DNA of 64,000 bases from Paraphysomonas bandaiensis (taxonomy: Eukaryota > Protista > Chrysophyceae). Position 1 is the first letter of the stretch, and the number at the start of each line of letters is the position of its first letter. The position numbers and the translations under genes are program-made. Of the stretch, positions 27,524-39,847 are shown in pieces. Location: assembly GCA_965644295.1 (NCBI GenBank), contig CBFFRP010000079.1, positions 124,170-188,169 of the forward strand. Direction: 5' to 3'. The notes under the pieces were generated by a model. It was not told where the DNA came from and ran no database searches. It saw only the letters and a program-made list of their open reading frames with translations.

Positions 27524-29058
27524 TTATTTCTGATTGCGTCGATGCTCTTCCTGTCCTAGCTTAACTGCCTTCTTTAAAATAGATTTTAGATCCTGATTGT
27601 CATCATCAAGTTGACATCCTTCGTATGCTGCCACTGCTGCATCCTCAAACATATTGAGCGCTAGTCTTGCTGTAGCGAGACGATAACAACCTTTAGGCCA
27701 GTCAGGTTTAAGACGTCTACACACTTCCGCGTCACGAAGAGCATTGGACTTGTGTGAGAGTGAGATAGCTGAGTCAGTGGTAGATGAAGCCAATGAGAGG
27801 TAGCATGCACTACGGTTGCTCCATAGCACATGGTTGCGAGGGTTAAGTTCTATTGCCTGAGAATACACATCCGCGGCCTGCTTGTAATCTCCGGCCAAAA
27901 ATGCTGAGTTTCCTGATGTCTTCAGTTCATCAGACCGTTTCACATCTTCCTCTGATACATTCTCCGGTAATGCCGCTAAAGGATCCTCCGCTGGTGGGGG
28001 AGGAGGTGCATCAGCACTCTGCTGTTGTTTATGTGCTTCCTGCCACGCAGCAAGGCGTCGCTTCCCGTCCTCCAAGACGGCCTCCATGCATACCTCACTT
28101 CTGGAAGAATCGGTAAAAAATTCATTTGGAAGATTAGAGGAATGTGCCGCAAGGGCGCGGATAATATCTTCGTGTCCACCCATGGCTGCTAAATGGATGG
28201 GCTGATTACCATCGCTGTTCTCCACGGACGCCGTCTTCCGGCCTGTCTCAGAGGATAATATTGCTAACACCGCGGCATGCATGCCGTGTTCGGCACAGAT
28301 ATGTAACACGGTGAGATTACCAGTAACAATTAGCCCAACGTCCGCCCCAGCCTCAACCAGTGTAACCACTGACTCTTCAGAGGGAGCAACTGCCGCCATA
28401 AATAAGGCTGGAATGCCACTGGATCCAACGGAATCGGCATTGCAACCTTTGTCGAGCAAGTACCTGGGACGACATATGGTAAGTGAAAGCGGCTTGAGTG
28501 CAAATAATATTACCTTATCGCCTCAACACGACCGCTACCAGCTGCCCAAGCCAGAGGTGATCCAGCCTGACTATTGACATTCACATCCGCTCCTGCTTCA
28601 CAGAGAATGGACATGCGCTCAACAGAGCCGTCAGCTGCAGCGAAATGGAGAGCTGTGCCACCATCATTGTTTCTGGCATTACTATCCGCACCACGACTTA
28701 AAAATAAGCGCATCAATTCTGTACTTTCCGCTACAGTAGCATTGATTAAAGGAGTAAATCCATTTGCATCTTTTAAGTTGACAAGATTAGAGGGATTGGA
28801 ACACTCTGATAGTGCATATTGCACTACATCAACATTCTTCGTACTAGCTGCAACATGAAGTAATGTTTTTCCTTCACTTTGATATTTTTCAAATACATCT
28901 TGTAATGTTGCATGTGGTGTCTCTTGTAAATAACTTTTAATACGTTGTAATACTTGTTGACCGTTACTTTCCGTTAAGAGATTCATTGCATCAGAATACA
29001 ACTTCTGAGCACTCTGAGCATCTTTGTATTCAGCTTTTGAGACCTTTGAAGATTTCAT
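27524..29058 (-). CDS. Ankyrin-repeat + C-terminal TPR protein, 2 exons
   Basis: GKTLLHVAA, GFTPLINA, GGTALHFAA, GNQPIHLAA ankyrin units; carboxylate-clamp-type TPR LKTSGNSAF..Y..A...NRSACY..PDWPKGCYR; intron about 28466-28513. Confidence 0.9.
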
Positions 29059-31078
29059 TGCAACAAATGATTCGTGATTATGTATGATAATTGTTTGTTG
29101 GATGAATAGAATGCAATTGTGATAGCAGTCTATAGAGATATGTGTGTATATGCATGTATGGGTGTATATACCATACATACATACATATATACAGACCTAC
29201 AGGCATATACCATACATGTATGTATGTATGTATGTGTATGTATGTGTATGTGTGTGATGGAAAAATAGAATACTGAACTGATGGCTGTCGAGACTATGTA
29301 TGGTGTACTATGGTATATCGTACTTAGAGATGGGATGGGGATGTACAGCCGTACACCACTGCTATACTCTATGTGGAGACCGTACCTATGGATGATGTGC
29401 AACCTGCTGGACGTCCACTGCTGTGTGTTTGTATAGATACCGTACCTATGGATGATAATGCACACGTACATTGCTACTATGTACCTATTGTTCTATATAT
29501 GCAACTCTGCATATGCTGCTGTGTATGTATGATTACCAGTATACCGTACCTATGGATAATGATGTAGTACACTGCAACTGTACATATTGGTCTATATACA
29601 GTGGTACATATATGTATATATGCCTGTATATCTACACATATCAATCCAATCTTTTGCATGATATGATCATATCCATATCCATACAGAGAGATATAAGCAT
29701 ATAGATGGATATACTAGATAATGATCATCAAACATGCAACTACAACAATGAATAGGATATAGAGGAGCTCATTATCTTCGTCTCTTTACTCTCAAGTCAC
29801 AGCTGGTTCTCTATACGTTATATATGTTATATAAGTGATGCTGTTATGTGTTATATATGCCTATAAGTTACATAGGTTATATTCTTGTAATACAATACAT
29901 ACAGTTCGTACAGTATGTTATGTTAAACTGTTATCCCCATTTTTTGTCTCATATCAGCACTGGATATAAATACAGACATTCAACTTCAATACTCGGTTCA
30001 ACTGAAGCTCACTTCTATCTTATTAACGATATTAACTGTCTTTTATATGTGATTTTATTATATTACACAATTAGTGAGTAACACAATCATGAGTGAACTA
30101 TCAAATGAAGATCATCAAACATCTATCACTCCAAGTCATCTTCCATCTTTCGTCTGCTGCAGAAGACCATAATGATGACAATGCAAGCAATCTATCTCAA
30201 TATTCATAACCTGAACTCGAAACAATACTTCAAAAATATTACAGGAGAGTTAAAATTCCGCATCTGATGCCTTTTAGGTGATTTGGAGCGATGGCACCCA
30301 GTCCCTTCAGAGTTTCGGTCATGTCGTGATTTTCAGGAATATGTGCCTCATATTATACACACACCATTCGAGTCAGTTGCAGCATCAGGGCTTAAGGGTG
30401 TTGTACATAAATGTAAGATGCCTATGAAAACAAGAATCCTCGTTCGACTACAATTCCAATTCATGTACGAATTTCAATTCCTTTGATATTCCCTCAACAT
30501 CCTTCTGTGGTGTGTGGTGAGGGTACATTTGTTGTAACCATTATTGAATTTGAGGATTCATTGCTTGAGTTAATCTAGGACAATTCTCATTTCCTAAGTT
30601 TATGTATAACCTTTTGATATGAAATAATACTATTATTTTTCATTTTTACTTAATGATAATCGGAGAGTACCTACTTCCTTTGCATCAAGTACGTTCTGTA
30701 TATATTAGATTTTTAGCATCACGAGAATATGCTACAAGGGATAAGGTATATCGTCCCTTGTCCAAAATATTAAAATTCAGGCTTTTCGCCCTCGCTTCAT
30801 GTGACAGAGCATGTCAACTAGATAAATATATTCTTGTAACTTAAGTGACCTCAGCAATATATATATGCTCTTTATCAAAACAGGAGTTCTCTCTTAGTTT
30901 ACAAGGTGTAAGATAAGTAAGAAAAAACATTTCTGGCTCACATGCAGCATTGATTACGCTACTCACCTTAACCTCATTCTATTTTAACAATCCAGTAATA
31001 TTATAATCTAATTTATCAAAAAGTGTAGAACGAAATGATAAGTCATCGCCTCTTACAAAAAGAGAAAACAATTCTCGC

Positions 31079-34000
31079 TCATTTTTTTAGAGAGAATCTT
31101 TTTAGCATAGTTTTTTTCAGCCATCCCTGTCCTTGACATTTTTTTATCAATTCTTTTGCGCGCTCACACAAATACCCTGTTTCATGATGAGTCAAGTGCT
31201 TCAGCTGGTGAATAATATCTTTCTGTACAAGCTTTTCACGAGCAGTCTCTGATGCGCATAGAACAGATAACAGCTCTACAGAGAGCAGTTTTACATCATG
31301 AGGAATGTCATTAGTATCCAAGGGATTGCCATGCTCGTGATGAATGAGGCCAAGCAATACCTCAGGAAGGCCACTGTTAAATACCTCTTCGTGCATGTCC
31401 ATATCCTTTCCCATGATTCCAAGTACACGTCCTACTGCAATTTTCAGATCAACTGGTGCATCCCTTACGAGCAAAACTAGCAATTCAAGTCCACTTCGCA
31501 GTATATCTCGTCGCAATGATGACTCCTTCGCCAACACTCGTAACACTTTGGCTGCAGTAAGCTGCGACCCCAATCGATTCGTTGGCTGCAACGTATCTAA
31601 CAATATCGTTATTGCACCAGACTCAGCGAAAGAGTACTTGAGGTGATCGTGTGATGCCCCTTTGGCAAGAACCAATAAAATTTCGCCGGCATGCTTTACA
31701 TCTTCAGCACTTCCAGACCGAATCTTACGAATCAGGCATGATAAAACAGTTATCTGGGTGATGCTTCCTTCCCCATCCAATGCGGGATCATGCTTTAAAC
31801 TGTCCAATACCTGAAGTGCGGCAGGCGAACTAAAAAACTCTCCCTGCTTCAGAAATGTGACTAATGCAGGAATCGCGCCAGCAGCAAAAATTTCGTTCCT
31901 TAAGGTAAGGTCTTTGCACATAATTTCAAGATTCCAAAATGCAGCATACTTTTCGACTTCATCTCCATTTTCGAACAAGTTGACCATCAATAAAATTGCA
32001 TTTGTTGCTAGAAATTTATGTGAGAGTGTAACTACAAACGAGACAACTAACAAACCTAAAATGATGTCACGCAGCTCAGGCTTTTCACAAAATATTGCTA
32101 ATATCCACATCGCCTCTTCACGTTGAGCATTTGATCCATCATCAAGAAGATCAACCAATTCATTTATCATTCTGCATTAGCACCAGTCATAACAGAATGA
32201 AAAGTAAGTTATATATTCTTCTACGCTTACACATAATGTCACATCATATACATACACCAGACTAACCCTGATTGAACAATTGCTTCTAATTGAGCAGGGG
32301 TGCAATGGCGGGCCATCTTACGTAGTATGACGCCTATTCGAAAGTTACATTACGCAAATAGATCGCAATGTTACAATAATACACACCAGAACTAAATCGA
32401 ACTTTCTCGTTGCCCTCTCGAATATTTTCCAAAAACTCGTGAATAGCCTCTGCATCAAGTCTATCCTTATCGGTCTCGGAGTGACTTGCTAGCATTCCCA
32501 AAAACTGACTCGCAACAAAGTGCAATTCAGTCCCTTTTCTTAGGAGAGACACGAACTCTGGTATTGCACCTGCATCACAAAAAGCTCCTGCAGTAGTCGG
32601 GCTATCCTTCGAAAGTTCCACTACCATACGTTCAACCTGAAGCTTCAGTTTGCTATTCTCATTTTCTTTCAGCAAGTTAACCAGGTCCCTTGTCAGGTTT
32701 GAAGCTCGCAGTGCTGCTCTCGACGCCTCGTTTTTGCCAGATATTATAGCCATTATGTGAAGTGACTGTATTTTTTGTTCGTCAGTTCCTTCTCGGAAGA
32801 AAGCAATTAATTTAGGTAGTAGCTCATTTTTCACAACATCATCCTCTAAGGAAGGGTCCTGAATGACCACACGAACCGCTTTCAAGATCTGGTCACGCTG
32901 AGAAAACGAATCGGTGCGATTCACAACTAACGTATCAAATACGACTTGTCTCTGGATGGGGTCCTTAGCAAGAGCCACGAGCTTATTGGTAGCGGCGATC
33001 CTTGTGTCAGATGAGCCCCTCTTGACATTGTCCACTAACTGAGGGACAACTGATATCTACACCATAGTCAGTGCTACATATATAGATATATAGATATATA
33101 GATATATAACTTGCAAGAGCGCTAGATATATACATACATATAGGTACTTAGAAGGGCGACAGATGCATATATACACATACACAGAAAAAGATAAATAGTT
33201 ACATATACTTATATATAGAGATACTGATGTCTATAGATATACATTTACCAGGCCACTACATACATACACATATAAAGGTCTCTCTTTCTCTCTATATATA
33301 TATGTGCGTGTATATGCCTACCAGGCCACTACATACATATACATATACATATACAGGTCTGTCTCTCTATATATATGCCTACCAGGCCACTACATACATG
33401 CACATATACCGGTCTCTCTCTTTCTCTTCCTCTCTCTCTATACATGTGTATGTAAGCCTACCAGGCCACCACATACATGCACATATACCGGTCTCTCTCT
33501 TTCTCTATATGTGTGTATATGCCTACCAGGACACCATACACATACACATATACAGGTCTGCATCTACATATGTGTATATGCAGGTCTCTATGTATATACG
33601 TATATCGTTACCAGGCCACTACATACATGCACATATACAGGCCTCTCTCTCTCCCTATACATATATATATATGTATGTGTATATGCCTACCAGGCTACTA
33701 CATACATACACATATACAGGTCTCTCTCTCTCTCTCGATGCATGTGTGTATGCTTACCAGGCCACTACATACATACACATATACAGGTCTCTCTCTCTCT
33801 CTATGTATGTGTATATGCCTACCAGGCTACTACATACATACACATATACAGGTCTCTCTATGTATGTGTGTGTATATGCCTACCAGGCTACTACATACAT
33901 ACACATATACAGGTCTCTCTCTCTCTCTCTATGCATGTGTGTATGCTTACCAGGCCACTACATACATACACATATACAGGTCTCTCTCTCTATGTATGTG

Positions 34001-34413
34001 TGTGTATATGCCTACCAGGCTACTACATACATACACATATACAGGTCTCTCTCTCTCTCTATGTATGTGTGTATGCTTACCAGGCCACTACATACATACA
34101 CATATACAGGTCTCTCTCTCTCTCTATGTATGTGTGTATGCTTACCAGGCCACTACATACATACACATATACAGGTCTCTCTCTCTCTCTATGTATGTGT
34201 GTGTATATGCCTACCAGGCTACTACATACATACACATATACAGGTCTCTCTCTCTATGTGTGTGTGTATGCTTACCAGGCCCCTGGAAGAGTTTCTCTCC
34301 ACAGCTTTAATAATATCAAGATCCGACTCACATCGAACACCATTGATAGTCTTCGCCTCATATTCGACTAATGAAGGTATCTCCTCATTATCTTCTTCAA
34401 TGAAATCAGACAT
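31079..34413 (-). CDS. Armadillo-repeat protein, multi-exon
   Basis: Repeated AGAIP.LV.LL ARM motifs; exon 1 34413-34276, 1219-nt intron 34275-33057, exon 2 begins ISVVPQLVDNV in phase 0. Confidence 0.85.
33240..34281. repeat. Intronic minisatellite, about 16 units of 60-80 bp
   Basis: Unit GC(C/T)TACCAGGC(C/T)ACTACATACATACACATATACAGGTCTCTCTC..TATGTATGTGTGTAT. Confidence 0.95.
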
Positions 34414-34479
34414 CTTTCCTTCTTAATGTATAGTACGACTGCTCTTAAGGCTTATATAGAGATATGTGTGTATCTATGT

Positions 34480-34710
34480 GTATGTATGTATGTATGTATG
34501 TATGTATGTATCTATGTGTATGTATGTATGTATGTATGTATGTATGTATGTATGTATGTATGTATGTATGTATGTATGTATGTATGTATGTATGTATGTA
34601 TGTATGTATGTATGTATGTATGTATGTATGTATGTATGTATGTATGTATGTATGTATGTATGTATGTATGTATGTATGTCTAGATGTATGTATGTATGTA
34701 TGTATGTATG
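34480..34710. repeat. (TATG)n microsatellite, left flank of the Crypton-like element
   Basis: Direct. Confidence 0.98.
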
Positions 34711-36949
34711 GACTGCATATGTGAAACTCTGTGGGTTTTTTCCTCATCTAGAAACCCCACCTGTGAAAGGAAATGTTTCACATATGCCTCGAATACGGAT
34801 GAATATATAGTAGATAATCATATTCCATCCATATGTGAAATATTTCCTTTCACAGAAAAATCGGCACTTTTTTATGAGGAAACTACAACTTTATAGGGAA
34901 ATAGCCACTTTATTAGTTGTAAAACACTGTTAGAATACTCTACTATTCTCCTTGAACGTCACAGCCGTTAGTGGCATATATCAATATTCGACCATACTTA
35001 CTGCAAACATGAGTGAGACAGATTCAGACAGGGAGGAAGCGTTGCTTCAATAGTGAAGAGGAAGTGGCCGTGTACGCCGACAGCCGGTTGTGTCTGTTGA
35101 CTCCAATGCTGATAATGTATCTGACTATAAGAATTAACGAACAAAAGGAGGAATGAAAGCAGCATACAAGAAAAAGGTTGGCCATATTGTAGCGTGGTGT
35201 ATAAAAGCGTACCCTGAAGCTCTGATGATGATGAAAATTTGAAGATTCTATTCCCGAAAGACATCTGTCTTGAGTACTTCGGCCATCTGTTCACACCGGC
35301 TCACGTAGGAGCGAAAGAGGGAAGCTAAGGGCCCCAGATGACATTCCAGAAAGTGAATCTGACCCCCCTAGTAGATCCCACATTAAGGGATATAGAAGCC
35401 CTATAGTCTACTTATATACCTTAAGAAATATGAAGCTGGACGTGGATGTAATCTTAGACTTAGAACTAAGCCAGGCGATAGATGGCTATGAGAAAGACAT
35501 GAGAACTCATGAAACCAGAAGTGGGTAAAAGTCCGTTTAAAATGAATGGCTATAAAATTTTAGCGACGAATATGATGTTGATGGTTCCCTGTGCTATTGC
35601 AGGCAGTTGGTCCTATATCTTGTTCATGTGGGCATATTTTGTACTGATGTGGAATATAATGAGTAGATCTGATTCAGTAGCTTGATTGATGTTTGAATAT
35701 TTTGACTGGAGAGGTGATGCAATGCTTGTTCAAGAGCAAGGAGACACAAACTGGACAAAAAGACTAGTAATGAAACATTCTCTAGTGCGCTGGATATAAT
35801 TTTGAATCATATCGTAAGTGTTCATAAGTTAAAGCAGATGGATAGAGTTTCGTACGGTAGCTTGTACAATGCAATCTGCAAGTTGAAATGTGTATGGAAT
35901 GATATATGTCACTTATTTAAATTTAAGCAGTAGAAATCAAAGAACTCTTGACAAACAGCTCTATAAGGCTGACAAATATGTATATATGTTGTCAGTGGAT
36001 ATGTTATGACATTATGTGATATACGATATACTTACATCTACATCGGCACCTTCATCTTGATGAAGGATTAGTAGACAGCTCTACATTACAGTGTCTGATA
36101 AACACTGATGCTAATATATGATATAAGTTGTAAGTAAGTGGTAAGTGGATACGTATGCTATAGCATTATGTAATATACGATATACATCCATCTCTTATCT
36201 ACGACAGCACCTTCATCTTGATGAATGATATATGTAAACCTCAGTCATATTTACAGGACACAACAGATCATTACGAATGATACAGCATTAGGAGTCATAT
36301 GGTCGACAGGCTCTTCACTGGTTGGGTCGTAAGAGGCGTCCCTATACCACATACATACACTCCCACCACCCCCACAACTCATCCACACTCTCATATTACT
36401 CATATGCCATCCTTATAGAGGAAGCCCTCATATGGATGATCACCACCAGCTGCACTAACAACAGCGTCACAGTCTTCTAACGGATACTATGCTTCCACAG
36501 CACCATTAATGCAGATACACCATATAAAATAACATACTCAGAAGCGCATTAGTGGCGAAGGCTTCTGGTACAGTTATATGACTATTCAGGGTGCTCCATG
36601 CGGTCTATGCATGTATATGTGTGTGGGTGTTCTGTATGTATGTGTGTGTATCTGCTGCGGTATTATTCATATGATCATACGAGTCTCTCTCCTCATGAGG
36701 AGCACACACCACTAAACACCCCTATGACTACACACTGTTGATAGTCCTCACTCGTGTCTGTGAGTAGAGGCAGCAGCAGAGCCTCTGAATCATGTACTCA
36801 TATATGCATATATCCATATCACATTCACTTCGAAGTCACCCAGAGATATACACTCATATACGCACACGTATACCTATGTATACCATATACACAGTATACA
36901 GAGAATACGTTGATTCACAGTTGTAGTAAAAAGTTTCACATATGCACTC
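34711..36949 (+). mobile_element. Decayed CryptonS-like tyrosine-recombinase DNA transposon
   Basis: Broken frames IKGYRSPIVYLY...GKSPFKMNGYKILA...FMWAYFVLMWNIMSRSDSVA*LMFEYFDWRGDAMLV (about 35380-35750); 18-bp inverted arms (17/18 identical) at 34711-28 and 36932-49; TATGG at the left junction. Confidence 0.7.
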
Positions 36950-36951
36950 AT

Positions 36952-36953
<2 letters not shown>

Positions 36954-36983
<30 letters not shown>

Positions 36984-37481
36984 TGTATGTATGTATGTAT
37001 GTATGTATGTATGTATGTATGTATGTATGTATGTATGTATGTATGTATGTATGTATGTATGTATTTATGTATGTATGTATGTATGTATGTATGTATGTAT
37101 GTATGTATGTATGTATGTATGTATGTATGTATGTATGTATGTATGTATGTATGTATGTATGTATGTATGTATGTATGTATGTATGTATGTATGTATGTAT
37201 GTATGTATGTATGTATGTATGTATGTATGTATGTGTGTATGTATGTATGTATGTGTGTATGTATGTATGTATGTATGTATGTATGTATGTATGTATGTAT
37301 GTATGTATGTATGTATGTATGTATGTATGTATGTATGTATGTATGTATGTATGTATGTATGTATGTATGTATGTATGTATGTATGTATGTATGTATGTAT
37401 GTATGTATGTATGTATGTATGTATGTATGTATGTATGTATGTATGTATGTATGTATGTATGTATGTATGTATGTATGTATG
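36954..37481. repeat. (TATG)n microsatellite, right flank of the Crypton-like element
   Basis: Direct; same orientation as the left tract. Confidence 0.98.
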
Positions 37482-37949
37482 GGGAGATCACCAACCCATT
37501 TATGGCAGATAGAGAGTTTCTAAGACCAAAAAATAGTGGAATATTGTACTCTAAATTTCAAAAACTTCATATTTTTACAGAAAATTGGGAATATTTTGAT
37601 GAATAAAATTTTGTAGAAATTTTTTCTTATTTGAAGAAAAGAAGAATGAGAACAAACTCATATCTGACGAATCAAATCTATATTATGAACTATATCATTA
37701 TTCTATTGGCTTATAATTTCATGTTGTAAACAATGGGGAAATACAGCGAATCAAAGCACTTATATGAAATATATTCATGTATGATTGGATATAAAATAGC
37801 TGGCATGGAGATGGTTAGAGCCTCATATATATACACACACAGCAGAGCTAACTATATATACACATACACACATACATACACACATAGCACTCTAGTAATC
37901 ACACTATCCAGTAGGTATCATAATACCCTATACAAAACACTCTTTAATC

Positions 37950-39433
37950 ATGCCAAAACGATCTCAATTACCTTCCTCTAACCCTCCAGATATCCCTGTA
38001 ACGGTCTTATCAGGGTTCTTAGGCGCAGGTATGATATATACACATATATATACACATATCACATATACTCTATAGGGAAAACTACAATACTAAATAATGT
38101 ATTAAATAATATGGAAGGAAAACGTGTTGCTGTAATTGTTAATGATATGAGTGAGATTAATATTGATGCCATGCTAGTGACACGAACAACAGAGAAGATG
38201 ATTGAGTTATCGAATGGTTGTATATGTTGTACACTACGTGAAGATTTATTGAATCAATTAATGGATCTTGGTGAGAAAGCAACATGTGATTATATTATGA
38301 TAGAGAGTACTGGTATTGCAGAACCATTACATATTGCTGAAACATTTGCATATGCAGATGAAACTAAAAAGAGTTCAGCTGGTAGTAGAGTGGTTCGACT
38401 TGATACCATGGTAACTGTTGTAGACTTGCAAACTTTTTTCCTTCACTTTAATGACACGGATAAAAACTACAATATGCCTGGTGCTGATGGTAGTGTTCCT
38501 TGTGATGTCCCCTCTGATGAAGACCGCACTCTCTCGCACCTCCTCATTGACCAAGTTCAGTTTGCTGACATCGTTATCCTTAACAAATGCGATCTAGTTA
38601 GTTCTCAGGAAGCAATGGATGTAGAGGGCGTTGTGAAGGACCTTAACCCTCATGCCCGCATTATTCGGTCATCGTATGGAAGCAATATACCCACATCTGA
38701 CGTTGTGGCCACTGGGCTCTTCTCTTTTGAGAAGGCGGAACGTAATGCTCAGTGGCTACAGGAGGAATGGGGTTCGGGTGCAGTTGTACCAGAGACAGAG
38801 GAATATGGCATTTCTAGTCGTTCGTTTCAGTCGTACGACAGACCGTTTCACCCTGAGAGACTGTACAATTTTTATGCGTCTCGTGTACTGTCTCGATCCA
38901 AAGCGTCCACTCTCACCAAGTCTACCAAAGGTACTTCGAGTTGTCGTCTTCTCCGCTCTAAAGGTTTCCTTTGGTTGGCCACTAGTCATAATAGATTCTG
39001 CACCCTGCATCATACTGGCGGCTCATTTGCACTGAAGCACGGTAACAAATGGTGGGCCGAAGTGGCCCCAAGCGAAAGGCCAAACAGCGAGGAGTTTGAA
39101 GCAGAGGTTGGCGTGCGAATCAAATCCTCAAAGTACGGCGACAGAGGTAGTACCGTGGTGCTTATTGGCCAGCACATGATGGAGGCGGACTGGAAGAAAT
39201 GTTTAGCTGACTTGGATGCTTGCCTTCTGTCCGACAAAGAGATGGTTCTAGGGCCTTCTAAGTGGAAGTCCTTCACGGACCCGTTTGCAGCAAACAACGC
39301 TGGAGCTGAAGAACAACAGCAGAAAAAGAGTGGTAAGAAGAGAAAATCAGAAGCAGAGTTGCTCTGTGAGGACAGTCAAAGCATGGGGTTGACATCTGCC
39401 CATGGGAGAAAGTTACGAGCTCGTCAATCGTGA
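37950..39433 (+). CDS. CobW/COG0523 G3E GTPase (zinc metallochaperone, ZNG1/YciC-like), 2 exons
   Basis: Exon 1 PVTVLSGFLGAG|KTT Walker A; NGCICCTLR; ESTG; NKCD; PETEEYGISS; RPFHPERL; RSKGFLWLA; YGDR..VLIG. Confidence 0.95.
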
Positions 39434-39847
39434 AGTTCCGTTAGGAAATGATGTTTATTTATAGCGTGCTTGTAGAAACTAGTAATTAAGATATTAACAG
39501 CAATATACGTTTAACGTGCGAAGTGAGCGAAGGTATTTTACCGAAAATCAGAAAGGTTGTATACATTTTAGTCTTAGTTCACAGGTTACACAGAAATGTG
39601 GTGCCACAGCATCTATGTGGAATTATATACCCCTCATACCAGCCCTCTCTAAGTGTTTGAGCGGCTGATTGATTGCTGTGCAAACTTTGGACTGATTCGT
39701 GGTAACTTTATCATTCATCACTATTTTTCCATAAAATGTTGGTGTTATCCACCTTGGTAGTTGAGACTAAATTATTCATTATTCACGATGCACAATAAAC
39801 ACCTCGTCTACAAAAGTACAAACATTTAACAGTAGCCACACACGCAC

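Noticed and set aside
30089-30486. Possible gene starting MSELSNEDHQ
   Set aside because: Early stops and frameshifts, no recognisable motif; at most a pseudogene.
33227-34426. Long + strand ORFs, and a CRISPR-like appearance of the repeat
   Set aside because: Translations of an intronic minisatellite; the inter-repeat parts are not unique spacers, there are no cas genes, and the context is eukaryotic.
827-37606. Many track ORFs of YIHT/MYVC repeats
   Set aside because: Stop-free translations of (TATG)n/(CATA)n microsatellites, not proteins.
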